From assembly GCA_963693365.1 (NCBI GenBank), contig CAVNZM010000009.1, forward strand, positions 6,602,171 to 6,666,170: a stretch of DNA of 64,000 nucleotides, written 5' to 3'. This DNA is from Amoebidium appalachense (Eukaryota > Protista > Ichthyosporea). A model generated the notes under the pieces. The model was not told the origin of the DNA. It did no database searches and worked only from the letters and a program-made list of their open reading frames with translations. Each line of letters starts with the position of its first letter. Within the stretch, counting starts at the first letter, position 1. A program made the position numbers and the translations under genes. Positions 28,702-48,703 of the stretch are shown one piece after another.

Positions 28702-29446
28702 CGCCTCTTCTCCCCGAAAACACACGCAATCACGCTTTCCCCCATCCTTGGAGAATGAAGTCTACTGTTTAAGTGTTACCATCGAATCTTCTGCGGGGTG
28801 GTGTACCTAGCTGTGCCCCCCCCCCCCCCCCCCCCCTTTACTGTGAACTTGGTCGTCAAAGCCCCCCTCCCTTTCAGCCTCTTCCCCACCCTCGTGCCTC
28901 TCGTTTCCCTGCCCTTCTCACACACAATGCTCCCACACGCGTCCACACACATACACCACACACTCACACTCACACTCACACAGACCCTCGTCCCATCCCC
29001 CCCCTCCTCCCCCCCTTCCCGCTCACCCACACACCCACACACACGCACCCACCCCTCCCACCCACCCAACCACCCACACACATACAGCTTCGAGATCTCA
29101 GACGTGCGCCTTCCCGAAAACCACGACACTGGCCGCAAGAAGGGCATCGCATATATTGAGATGGTGTCAGTGGAGGAGGCTCAGAAAGCAGTGTCCCAGT
29201 TGGACGGATCTGACATGGGCGGGCGCCAACTAAGAATGGATTTTGCGCAACCGCGGACGTTTGGCGAAGGTGGAAACTTCAGGGGTGGGAGGGGTGGTGG
29301 GTTTGGGCGTGGTGGGAGGGGTGGCGATAGAGGAGGGAGGGGTGGGAGGGGCGGGAGGGGTGGGGAGGGGCGGTGGGTTCAGAGGCGGGAGGGGTGGTGA
29401 TAGGGGTGGGCGTGGAGGTAGGGGTGGAAGGGGGAGGGGAAACTAG
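25260..29446 (+). CDS. NCL: Nucleolin/NSR1/Gar2-like protein (acidic N-terminus, 2 RRMs, RGG tail); exons 25260-25337, 25756-26372, 27670-27894, 29088-29446 (apparent +1 frameshift near 29362)
   Basis: Phases 0,2,2 join cleanly. RNP2/RNP1 motifs LFVGQL / KSRG|FAYVDF and VFVANL / KGIAYIEM; long Glu/Asp tract; C-terminal RGG/FRGG repeats. Confidence 0.9.
27295..27428 (+). mobile_element. 5'-truncated, diverged copy of the poly-C-associated repeat (nucleolin intron 2)
   Basis: AAACTCGGG...GATGACTTGG...CCCTTGAGGGTGGGCTCTGC matches the family core. Confidence 0.65.
28343..28534 (+). mobile_element. 5'-truncated copy of the poly-C-associated repeat (nucleolin intron 3)
   Basis: TCTGAGTTGG...GGTCGAAACTCGGG...CCCTGAGGATGGGCTCTGCTTAT...CGCATTCAAA, flanked by C-runs on both sides. 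Confidence 0.8.
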
Positions 29447-29681
29447 GTTGATCGATGGGATGGGGGAGGAAAGGATGGGTACTGGTTTGTCGTGGCATGA
29501 CCAGTTGGTTGGGCTAAGGCTTGAGGGAACATACACTTTAAGAAAACTGGCCTGGCTATAAGCTTGCCCTATACTGTTAGTGGCCATGGTATCTCATCAA
29601 CCTCGTTTTTTTCTTTTTTCCTTTTTTTTTTTTTTCGTCTCTGTTTTCCCCCTTTCCCGTTTATGTATTTTTTTTTTTTTT

Positions 29682-29723
<42 letters not shown>

Positions 29724-30735
29724 TGGCTGACAGACTGTACTATTTATTACCTTGCCTGTACAGTACAACGCAAGTTGGCCTGTGTGTGGTAGATGTGTGT
29801 GCGTTGACCTGGGGACAGGCAACAATTAATGAGTATTTTAAAACATTTATTCGAGTTGCCTGTAGGAGCTGGTGTATGTTTGACCATATTCCTACTTTTT
29901 TGGTTGTTTCATGACTTATGCATGATTATTCCAAGGTGATGTCGTTTTTACTGGCCCTGGGGGCACAGAACACTACCATTATAGCAGAAAAAAAAGATCA
30001 GAAATACCGTAGTAAAGCTCCATCGTTTTGCCTCAAATTTATAGGAAAACAAATCTATCCCGTTTGTAAAGTTGCAAACCTGCAGTTGGCCATGGGGTGA
30101 CACCTTTTTTTTGACTCCCACAGTTATAGACATTCAACGCGTATGTTGGGTAGCATAACACACGCGCACATACACGTGTATACATGTAGCCATGGCACTA
30201 TATTACCAACACTTAAAAGACGTCTGGACCTTTTAAGCTGAATTCCGGAATTTGACCGGGCTAGTGCCAACTTTGAAGACACCAAAATGCCATGAAATGA
30301 ATACTGTTAGGGCTAATCTTTTGATAAACATTGTTATATACATGCATAAGAACATAATGGAGCAAAATATTTGCTTCTACTCAGAAAGAAATTGTGGAAA
30401 CCATTGTTTCAAAAGGCCCCCGGGACGTACGTACTTGTCGGGGTTTGGAATTATTACACAATACAATACGATCTGCGGCAAGTTTAATGCAGACTTTGCG
30501 AAAAAAGATGCAACAACACCAATTTTCCAGTACTAAATACATGGCTAATTACAACCATGAATGTAAAGCACATGTTAATGACTAAAACCGGTTAACATTT
30601 TATAACAAATTTGACTATGACTGGCGGATTAAACAGGTTGTCTTTGTGGTTTAAACGCTCAATTGTTTATCTAATTTATTGACCAATTGCAAAAGAGATA
30701 AGCCACTATGGATACATCACCGAATGTTCCTAAAA

Positions 30736-31430
30736 TCTGTTAATGAAAGCCAATGAAAACCACAACACATTCATATGCCCAACCACACCGTACCCCCCGC
30801 GCACAGGAAACGATTTTTCCCTGGCCCTTCACCTTGGTACTTGGTTTTCTTATGCTTCTCAAAAATTGCACTCTCCCTACCGCCTATCTGGGACATCAAT
30901 AAAGAGATTGGAAACGATCTTTTGACTGCACCCTTCACCTTTATACGTGCTGTGGCATTGCTGTTCTTCTGTATTTTGGAAATTGCACATGGAATTCGGA
31001 TGATAAACCCCCCACCACAACAGCCAAAATAAGCAAGCCTCACGGCCATCTAGATCTAGAAACACCGTGTGAAGCCTCCAGTAGTCATAATAGACCAATT
31101 AAACGTACTATATAATGGCATACTTGCTTCATACTCAATCGAATGTTTTAATTCGTGTAATATCAGCGTATCCTTTTTTAATTCGTGTAATATCAGCGTA
31201 TCCTAATAACCACTAAGCATTCTGTTAATGAAAGCCAATCAAAACCACATCATCCGAACACTCCTGGTACGCCGCAGCCATACACATGATTTGCATTTCT
31301 ACTGCTGCCAACAATACACATCTTCCTTATTTACAATAGCAGGAGACACATATGTGGCTTTACGTGTTTCACCAGTTTTGCATGCGTGACCACGAATGGA
31401 AACGATCACTTGCCTAACTCTTCACCTTCA
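30736..31430. repeat. Diverged ~485-bp-period tandem duplication with an internal 30-bp tandem repeat (31146-31203)
   Basis: Anchors TCTGTTAATGAAAGCCAAT at 30736/31221 and TGGAAACGATC at 30909/31397. Confidence 0.7.
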
Positions 31431-32588
31431 TGCTTTCTTGCTTTAGTGCCTGCCATGTTCACTCATGTACTTGGGTTATAAACTGTGTGGTGCGAGGGGA
31501 GCCGCGTAGTACCGAAGTGTCCACGCACACGATGCGGGAAATATCCTAGCAAGCTTTGGTGATCTGGTGGTTGCGATGGTCCCTGTCGTGGTGGTAGTGG
31601 TTTACGTGTGTTTGTGTGTTCACAAAAGCATGTGTGTGTGCGTGTGTGTGTGTGTGCGTGTGTGTTGGGGGGGGAGGGAAGGGAAGGGAGTGGGGGGTGA
31701 TAACGGGAATCATTCTGAAGAGGGAGGGAGGTTGAGGTTACATTTCCGTTCTGCAGACAAGGACTTGCTAAATGGGTGTGTGACGGGAGGATGGAGGGGC
31801 GTTAGTGTGTTGGTGGGGCGGGGGGGTACATACACATGCTTCCCTGAACACATGCACACACACGTACACCACCAACACCACCACCACCACCACGACCACC
31901 AATGCTTTTTGGGATGATTTCCACACCGTGCGTGTGCGGGACTCCTTCGGGCATTGTCACAAACCACGTGTTTGTTTGTGTGTGTGTGGGTTTGTGTGTT
32001 TTTGTGGAAGGGGAGAGGGGGGGGGGGGGGGGAGCAGATGGGGTTACATTTTGGTTTGGCAGACAACGATTAGCCACTTGGGTGTGTGCCAGGGGGAAGG
32101 GCAGGGGGAGGGGGCCAGGCGAAAGAAGACGTGGTTTACATATTCATTTGGCCGCCACGCAGTCTTGTTCATTTGGTTTCCTGTCCACCTGACCGTGTAT
32201 ATGTGGATGTTTGAGTATGTGTGGGTACCCGCACACATATTGGAGTGATTGTGGTCTTGTGTCTGTGTGGGTGTGTGTGTTTGGGGGGAAGTGGGGAGGG
32301 GGGGACGGGGGAAGGGCCTTAGACTCCAGCTACACACATGCAATGCCACGTGTTTTTACGGTTCACTTCTCCTTCCTATCTTTCTTCTTTGTTGTGTTTT
32401 TCAGTGTTTACTGCTCCTATTTTTTTTTTTTGGTAGATTTGTGTCGTGTGTGTGTGTGTGGTGGTGGTGGTGGTGGTGGTGGTGTATGGCGGGTGGTGGT
32501 GGTGGTGGTGGTGGTGGGGGGGGGGGGGGGGGGGGGTTCTGCGTTTCTTTTTTGTTTTTCTGTTTTTTTCTTCTGTGGGTGTGAGAAG

Positions 32589-32636
<48 letters not shown>

Positions 32637-32725
32637 TGGTGGGGGGGGGGGGGGAGGAAGGGGGGAACTCTTGCGATTGTTTTTAGTGTATGTTTTATTT
32701 TTTCCTTGTGTGACACTGTGTGTGT

Positions 32726-32758
<33 letters not shown>

Positions 32759-33786
32759 CCTTCTACGTTTTTCTGTTTTTTTTTATTTTTAAAAATGGTG
32801 TTAGAAAGTGTGTGTGTGTGTGTGGCCAGTGTGTGTGTGTGTGTGTTGGGGGGGGGGATGGAGGGAGGGAAGTGGTGGGGGGGAGGGGGGGGTGCTTAAA
32901 CGTTTCTTTTTTGTTTTTCTCTTTTTTTTTTTTTGGGCGAGGGGGGGGGGGGGGGGGGGGGGGGGGAAGAAGGGCGGAGCATGACTAAGTTTTAAACTGC
33001 ACACAATGCAATATTTTCGTTAAGTATTCTGCTCGGCTCGATTACTTCTTTTTTTGACTCTTTATTATTATTATTATTATTATTATTATTTTGTGAGTGT
33101 ATGTGCATTTACTCCTCTGATTTTTTTAGTTTGTCTATTTTGTGTGTGTGTGTTGTGTGTGCTCGGAGGACAAGGGGGTGGGGGTGGGGGTGGGAGGGGG
33201 GGGGGGGGGGGGGGGGGGGGGGAAGGCATAATTATACTTCTCTGTCACGGTATGCATCGCTTTTTAGTGATGACTTCAGAAAAGCTGGCACAAATACGTA
33301 ACATGTTTTTTTTTTGTCACAGATGGGAGTGTGTACACCATCATCATCATCTCTCCTTTTATTCGAAACCTGCTCCAAAGACCACCATAGTAATATTGAG
33401 TCACAAAATCTTAAATCTCTTTTCTTTTGTTTCTCTTTTGGTTTCGTGCTACTCATGGACGCTTCTAACTTTGCATGCTTCTTGGTTCACTTCGTTTTAT
33501 GTCAAAGTACTGTGTATGTTAGAATATTCTTTTTCACTCATTAAAATGCATCATACCTTGCTCTCCCCTTAACAGTGTTTTCTCCGTGTCTGCTGCCTAG
33601 AGGGTGGAAAGCCTTAGGTGGGGGAGGGAGGGCGGGTGGGGGGGGTGGGGGGGGGAGGAAATGAAAAAGAGGCGTGAAAAGGGTGGAAGGGGGAGGGTAG
33701 GGGGGGGCAGGGGCTGAGAACCGGAAGCTATGGTTCCAGAGTACTGGTCCCGTCTTTAAAAAAATTGCCATCTGATAGGTGAAATA

Positions 33787-33823
<37 letters not shown>

Positions 33824-34216
33824 ACACACATACTGACATATTTCACCTACGGCAACGTGTTGTGCCAGTAATAAATTCAAAAGGGCTGGTCCCTACATCA
33901 CAACATCCTTGAAGCCCTTTTTGCGGGCTTGTGCATGTTTTGTTCTTGATAGTCACACTTTGTGCAAGTGAAGAGCTGTTGGGGGTGGGAGGGGGGGCAG
34001 GGGGGGACTGAGGAAACGTGGGCAAGTACACCGCCACAAGTCTACACCTTGGGTCTTCCATAATTCCCTCCACACTTCGCCCTTCTTCTTGACTTTGACT
34101 GCCAGACTGGCGCCCGCGCCTAGCGGGCGCCCAGACCTACTTGTTATGTGTCAAAATCATCCATTACGGGTGAGCCGAGGCTGTCCCGGAAGCTCACTCC
34201 AGCCAGGCTCCCCCCT

Positions 34217-35208
34217 GTTGCAGGCCAAAGTGTAGTCCAGGCCAAAGTGTAGTCCAACTTGCCAACCCTGGCACCAGGACAAAGCATAGTTGATGTCCAT
34301 TGTGAAATTTCAAGGAAATATGAAACATGCCCTTCAAGCTTGGCAGCAGGGAAAGATGCCATATCTCCCACCTGGCAGTGGCCCTTTGCAACCTCACATG
34401 ACATATTACAGCGCCCGTGTTGTGTCACGTGAGTGTCATGATCACCATATCGGGAGAGATGTCATCTCTCCCTCTTTCCCCCGGCAGACAGCCTGAGGGA
34501 GCTTCTGCCTGGATTACAATGAATTGCCAGCATGAACACGAGGTGGTGCGTCTATGCGCGTTCAACTTCATGGGTGCATTTGATTTTTTTCCAGCCAAGC
34601 CACCGAAATCAGGGGGTTGCGCGATCCCAAACGGTTGCTCCAACGCCTGAAAAACACTTAAGTTTTTTAGCTTTCCATAGCCACCAACCGCGATTTAAAA
34701 GCCTATTTGTAAGTGTAGCCAAGTTATGGGTGCCGAAACTGTCACCTACTGAGGTGACTCGTATTTTTCCTTACACACACAGCGAACACTGGACTCTCGG
34801 GACCGTAGAGCCGCCGCGAGAGAAAGCATGCACGCGGTCGCGAGTGGGTGTGAGGCGAACGGCAAGTTCATAGCAGCCCAGGCACCGTCAGTACGTGCCA
34901 GGTGCCGAAAGTTGCCTGAGCATGTTTCTGGTTTTTCAAATTTGATGTCGTGGGGGAGATGCCATCTCTCCCTCGATATTATCTCACCCTCGATATTATC
35001 ATCCTTGATATCATATACCTTCCTTCCACGATGCAAGGATGCTGTTATTTTGTTATGTGAGGCTGCAACGGGGAAGGGCCTGCCAAGCTTGAAGGGCATG
35101 TTTCATATTTCCTTGAAATTGCACAATGGACATCGACTATGCTTTGGCCTGGTGCCAGGGTTGGCACGTGGGACTACACTTGGCCTGGACTACACTTTGG
35201 CCTGCAAC
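34217..35208. mobile_element. Non-autonomous foldback/MITE-like DNA element with long TIRs
   Basis: GTTGCAGGCCAAAGTGTAGTCCAGGCCAA...CCCTTCAAGCTTGGCAG (34217-34346) is inverted at 35081-35208; weaker symmetry continues inward; both flanks are C-runs. Confidence 0.85.
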
Positions 35209-35611
35209 CCCCCCCACGGGGATGCCACTGCACCACCGAGTACGCATTGGGCCAAATCGGCGATATCGATGTCTTCAGGTTGCCAGTTGAACACAGTTTG
35301 CGGGGTTCTTTTCTTTTCTTCTTTCTTTAAATTCTTTCTTTCTTTCTTTTTGTTTTTGTGGTGGTGGTGCACGTGGGGTGTAAATGTACGTCTGTAGCAA
35401 CATGTTATTAATTACAGCATATATAAATATGCATTATGCACGTGCATATGGACGTGGTTGTTGGTGCTTTGGCATGATCCGGCGGTAACTTAAGGGCAAG
35501 AAAGCGGCCATCAGCTGTTAGCGAGATGTGTGCAAACTCGTCATGTATGAGTCTTTATGTGGTGTATGTGCAATGCCACCTGTTTGTCTTAAAACATGCC
35601 CGAGGTTGTGT

Positions 35612-35673
<62 letters not shown>

Positions 35674-36021
35674 GATATTAGAATACGGAGATATGGTTGA
35701 CTCCCTTGACCCCGTCTGATCCTCACTGTGAGATATGATATGAAGACATGCAAAGATACACAAAGACTATTAAAGACATTGAAAGATTAACAAAGACACA
35801 CAAATATATACAAAGGTAAACAAAGGTATACAAAAACTTATCAAAAGTATACAAACATGTGCCAAGATGCACAGAGATGTATGCAAAGATAAAGGTGTAT
35901 GCGAATGAAAGATTCGCATAGACATGTATAAAAAGACATACAAAGATATGCAAAACACATGGACACTATCCCACCAGGGCCCTACCATTACTCTGTTTCT
36001 CCCAGTCCCCCATGATTAGTT

Positions 36022-36055
<34 letters not shown>

Positions 36056-36189
36056 CGCTGCCCCCCTCCCCCCCTCCCCCCACCTAAAGCCCAAACAACA
36101 TCTGCCCCCAAAACACACACACACCCTTCTCGCATGAAAGCAGACAGTTGCAAACCCCCCCCCCCCCTCCCCCTCCTGCATCCACCACC

Positions 36190-36220
<31 letters not shown>

Positions 36221-36433
36221 ACCACACCCAAAAAAAAAAAAAAAAAGAAAGGAAAAAAAAAGAAAACAAGAAAACACACGCGTGGGCACACACGCACACC
36301 GTCAACCCCTCACCATCCCACCAATAACATCCGCACACACACATACCAAAGCACATTTTTAACCCCCTCCCTCAATCCCTCTCTCTTTCTTGCTCTATCC
36401 CCCCCCCCCCCCCCCCCCCCCCCCTCCCCCCGC

Positions 36434-40061
<3,628 letters not shown>

Positions 40062-40153
40062 CTGCAGGGGAGGGGAAGGGGGAGGAAGGGGGGGGGGGAG
40101 GGGGGGGGAGGGAGAGGGAGGGGAGGAGGTGTGTGTGTGTGGGGGGGGGGACG

Positions 40154-40610
40154 TTAGAATGCGGAACACGGTGCAAAGTGCCACTCAACGATGAGGAACA
40201 CGGTGCCGGACACAGGCACAGGCAAGCATTCAAGTATGCAACATCAGCAACATGCGCACCATAAACTGAGCCCATCCTCAGGGGGGGGGGGGGGGGGGGG
40301 GGGTGTCAAAATCACCGGGGGGCAGGGGGGGGGGGGGGGGGGGGGACGAAAGCAACACCAAGTTCGGCGGTAATACACACGAGGCAAGGTGTAACACATA
40401 ATAATGCAAAAATGAAAGCACAGTACAGGCATTCAAAATCAGGTGGGACCAATACACTCGGGGTTGAAAAGGGGGGAAGGGGGAAGGGGGGGGAGGGGGG
40501 AGGGTAGAATGCGTTACAGAGTAATAAGTACACACTCACGACGGACAACACCATGCAGAGTGCAAACCACAGATAAAAGAGTACGTACGTATCATAGGCA
40601 GAGAATCACT
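40154..40610 (-). mobile_element. Two 3'-end fragments of the poly-C-associated repeat (40154-40281, 40505-40610), mirrored at 51632-51780 and 51285-51390
   Basis: Minus strand reads CCCTGAGGATGGGCTC...CCGCATTCTAA and CTCTGCCTATGA...CGCATTCTACCC. Confidence 0.7.
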
Positions 40611-40678
40611 AGCACGGGGGGGAGGGGGGGGGGGGGGGGGGGGGGTTGGCGGGCCCGGGGGGGGGGGGGGGGGGGAGG

Positions 40679-41202
40679 CATAGTGCGAAATAGTGATAAC
40701 CGATAGACCTAGTTACGCCGCATTCCGATCTCCTTCCATTTTGGTCAATCCGCTCAAGCCGTGATTGTAGAGGAGGGCAACAGAAATCAGATTTAGCGCA
40801 AAATCAGAGCGTGTACGGACGGCATATTTGTATGCTATATAACATGCATTGCTTACACCAAAGCAGAAAAATATCACAAATATATTATAAAAAGAGTATT
40901 TTTATACAAAAACATGAGAACAATTTGGTAATTTACTGTTTTGTTATCTTTCTTAGCATGCGATGGCGTCGCAGCTTCAAGGTGAAAAATGTTGCCATAC
41001 TCTGGCTCAAACAAATCAGATAGAGCCGGCTCAGGGAGGCTGATCGATTGATTGGACCTTGGCGGGAATCGGATTATCTTCAGTCATATCAGCTGATTGG
41101 ATCCGGAAATCCCTCTCGAAGAATTTGAGCCGTTTGATTGGATCCGGAAATCCCCCCCCCCCTAATATCCCTATATTTGAATTATCACTATTCGGCCAGA
41201 TG
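40679..41202. mobile_element. ~520-bp MITE-like insertion specific to the left arm
   Basis: Imperfect 21-bp TIRs CATAGTGCGAAATAGTGATAA / TTATCACTATTCGGCCAGATG; AT-rich interior; inserted in a G-run; absent from the right arm. Confidence 0.6.
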
Positions 41203-41592
41203 GGGGGGGAAAATACCGAAAAAACCTGCTCCCGGTCGGACCGAACGGCTCGTCGGGGGGGTGTGGCACGTCGAAGACTGACCGGAAAAATCTCGAATGC
41301 TCGTACCAGCACGGGGGGGAAGCTGCAGAAGAAGGGGGGGGGGGGGGGGGGGGGGTGGACGAGGGGAGGGGGAGGGGAGGAGGAGGAGGAGGAGGAGGAG
41401 GAGGAGGGGGAGGGGGGGGGGAGCGGGAAGGAATCAGGGCCTGTGCGCATGGGATTTCTTTAGGACCCTCCCCCCCCCCCCCCCCCCCCCCCCCATCATC
41501 CACCAACCCAAACGCCCATCCACCCACCCACCCCCTCCAAGCGCCCCTGACTCTTTATTGCGAAAGCTATCCTCCCTCCCCACCTCCCTTCA

Positions 41593-41623
<31 letters not shown>

Positions 41624-41946
41624 CACCACAACAGAGAGAACCACAGACACACAGACCACCCTTCTCTTTCTTTCCTCCCCTCCCCCCTCTCTCTCTCTCT
41701 CTCTCTCTCTCCCCCCCCCCCCCCCCTGCCCCTTTCTCTCTCTTTCCCCCCCCCTCCCCCCCTCCCCCCCCCCCCCCCTCTTTCTCTTCCTCTATCTCCC
41801 TCGCTACCTTAAGGGTTTACCTTATATGGTTGGGACGTCGACATCCTACGCAGCTCATATCTAGTGCTATTAGCACCACACCTATGCATGCCCAAGCAAA
41901 ATTACTTTGCTAAACCAAATATTTCAAAGGTTTTAGGGCACACTTA

Positions 41947-45015
<3,069 letters not shown>

Positions 45016-46046
45016 CTGTAAGATGTGTAGACATGTCGAGTTAGTAAAAGTCCTGCTGTGGGAATCCATCGTATACGTAACAACATTACAAGGGAAGTAA
45101 AAGAAAATCACTGAAATTGTAAGTTCAAGTCTGGGCTCCTACCCCCCTTAACGGGGTCCATGCTTTGCCTTGTGCCAGTGAATCCGAAAGATTTTTGTCT
45201 TTGTGCTTCGGTGTAGACTTCAAATACATTAGGTCGTTCAAACTAAGAATTCAGATCCAGCCACCGGAAAACCCGGCGGTTCTACCTGTGCTGAGGTGTT
45301 CTATCAAGAGCTGCGCCAAGCCATGTGTTTCTGCATGTCTATAATCGTACGGAAGCAGTTTTCTGATGAATAGATGTGATAAGAAGTAGTTTTCAGAATT
45401 TCCCACCTTTCCTGCAGCGGGCTTCACAAGGGTGAATATCAAGAGGAAACCCCCTGCCACTGGGTTGATGTTGACTTGCCATCATGCCTATACCTACATC
45501 TCGTACAGAACCTGCTCAGATGGGATGCCTCGTTGAGTAAGCACAAAAAGATTGGAAAGCCTTACTAGCTGTCACAGCATGCTGCTATGCATATGCTATA
45601 CTATGCACAAACTAACATTATCATAGATTTTTATAAGAACATCGGAAATTTAAAGCCTGCCATTCTCTCAGCAACAATACATGAATCACATACCTACAAC
45701 AGATCTAGAGGCCTGCTAGCCGGGATCATCCGGATCATACTCGTTCGGGTGACTCCCGAGGTTTGAGTTTGAAGTTACGTAAGGGGGATGGCGCAAACTG
45801 ATCATGAGGCACGAACAAACCATGCACTGAGTTTTCCCTAGAGTTTCAAGGCATTTTCAGGCATTTTCTTCGCGATCCTTCCTCCGTTGTCCCTCGCCTA
45901 TATAGCGGGCCTATTAGATTCACTTCATGAAAAACCACCAAGCAACGGCAAACTAATATAGTTTGTACAAGGTTCAGTAGCGCTACGCACTTCACGTCAC
46001 CTAGCTCATTCCAGCCTGTAAACCTTGATGTTTTACCTGTAATTAG

Positions 46047-47956
46047 ACGCAGTGGGTAATGGTGTTGCAAGACATGTAGGCAGGATGGTGACTCCACGCG
46101 AACCCATGGGTGGAGGGTTGCCGCCTTTCCCCCCCTGTGAAAACCATTGTACGCAAGGTAACCAGCCAGTCATAACCCCTACACTTCCTGTCACATTTGC
46201 ATGTGTAAGTCTTATCAACCTCCCCCCCCCCCCCCCACCCACCCACCCACCCACCCATCCTCCCATGCCCCCCGCCTCCCCCCTCCCGCCCCCCCCGCCC
46301 CCCTCTCGGCGACCCTTCTTCCCTTCCCATTTTCCGAGGCGCTCTTCCATTCTACTGCTCAAGGGTTGGGACATCACACACACCCTTACACCACGTTGAA
46401 AAGCCAGCTCTCTTTGGTTCTTCACGTCCCCACCTTCTCCACACATGCCTTATCCATCAATATTTTGTTTTTTTCGCCTTTGCAACCCGATGTCGTTGCA
46501 ATATGCTAACGGACAATCTATAAAGGTCCGGCTCTGCCGGAGAGGTTGGTGGTGCTGGGTTACCAAAGTCCACCTCGGGTGTCCATGTTTGGCTAAAACT
46601 CATGCACATATGGCCAGCACAATCGTAAACTTTTCTTGTTTTTTTACTTGGTCTTCTCAAAGAGGTGCGTCTGAATCCTGTTCTTGTTAGTCATCGTTCC
46701 CTTTTTGGCCACCGCCAGGAGCCTGTAATTTCACGTTACATTTCCTTTGCTTGTATTGTTATCACGAGTCACGAGTGGTCCCACAGCATGATTTAACTAA
46801 CTCGGTATGTTTACACGTCTTACAGGCACGTGATCATAGATTGAATGATTTACCTTTCTTTCCGCTGTATTGTTGTTACAAGTGTTTCCCACATCAGGTC
46901 TCTCACTGACTCTTCGTGTTTATACATCCTGCAGGCTCATGTCGCATGTGCGCTGGTCTCCGCCAGGTGCTTGACGGGTGCACCGACCAAGCAGACTTTG
47001 GCCCAGCCACGACCCCAAGCGAGTTCCAGCACCTTGTTGCGGTTTCAAACCACCACAACCTCTCCCTCAGCCCCCCCCACACACAGCGGCTCTACGTCTA
47101 CACGGAGGCGCTGGGGGAGGGGAGGGGGTGCACGGTCAGTGTGGCGGCCAGGCAGCCCCGTCACGTTCCTGTTTCAGATGGTCATGTTGTGTTCATTCGC
47201 GAGGCAGTTGGGATGAAACCCGTGCTTGTTCATTTTAAGCCGCACATGACCATTCGCGAGATAGCTATGGCCGCCGGTGTGCGCCCCCTTTTCTACGATC
47301 GTTTGGGTTTTTGCTTGTACTTCTTCCCTCAGCTTGTTGGCCCCCATCCCAATCCAGAAGCCGTTTCTCCTGGACAGGACATTGACATCGTTGTGCTTTC
47401 CGAATCGTCGAAATGGACCGATGTTTGCCACCTGGTTCCTGCTGGTGCGGTTTTGGAGGTTTGCCCAAACGTGCATCTGTTGGCGGCAGTAGGGGCCGTT
47501 TACGCCAATCTACATGAGATTGATGCGGAAATGATGAGGGAGCCTCTGGATAAGATAAGACTGGCGCTGCACTGGCACACTCTTTTGAAGGAACCTGCCA
47601 GCGCAGGTATTTTATTTCGCTCTATTTTTAAGTTTTAATTTGTACTCTTTTTTTTTAGCGTCACTTTCTATTTATTGTTTCAATGTCATGTTTTTTTTCC
47701 ACTTCTTCCACTTGCTCTCGCTTTCTCCCTCCCTCTCATGCTCTTTCTGTGTCTTCTCCATGCATAGGCACCCCACCCCACACACACACTCCCCCCCCTC
47801 CCCCCCCCCCCCCCTCTCCTCCCTGCTCCCTCCCTCCCTTGAGGATGGGCTCTGCTTCAATGGGGGGCGTGCTCTGTTATTCGTTCTCTTTGTGTGTGCT
47901 TTGCATCATGATTGTGCACTCCTTACTCCCGGAAGTCAATCTAGATCCCCCCTCCC

Positions 47957-47987
<31 letters not shown>

Positions 47988-48666
47988 ACATACACACAGA
48001 CTCTCTGTCCCGGGGGCCAACCCCCCCCCCCCCCCCCCCCACACACACACATTTGCACCACTTTCACAATATTAAGCGCAGATGTTTTGGGACACAATTT
48101 GCCCCCCCCCCCCCCCCCCCCCCCCCGCAATAAGTGTGCACGTGTATCCCATCCAGGCTTTTCTGATTTTCTCTTTTGTTTTGCCGGTATTTTTTGTCGT
48201 ATATTTTACAATGTTCAGCCATGTTCTCATGTTTTTCTGCCTTTCTCCGGTTTTTTATTTCCACAGGTCTTTTCCGGTTTTCTTTGATTATCTGCTGCAC
48301 CTCATCGATTGAATCCCCCCCTCCCCAGCCCTATGTTGTCATGCCGTGCCGTTTCTCAAGTGTTTGCACCATATGCACTCTATGGCCCAAAATGCTTATG
48401 CGACCCCCCCCCCCCCCCCCCCCCCGGCGCTCCCTCGTCACATCCGCCGCCACACACACATACATCGGCGCGCGCGTGCACGCACACCCACCCACACACC
48501 CACACACACACACAAACGTGCGCGCACGAGCTCACGCAGGCACACGCACGCACACCCACACCCACACCCACACCCACACCCACACACACGCACACACACA
48601 AACAAGCACAAACACACACACACACACGCACAACCCCTCCTTCCCCTCTCCCTCCCCCCCCCCTCC

Positions 48667-48703
<37 letters not shown>

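Noticed and set aside
45890-45930. LAYIAGLLDS resembling a LAGLIDADG motif
   Set aside because: It lacks the following G-D/E-G and the frame closes shortly after; likely chance.
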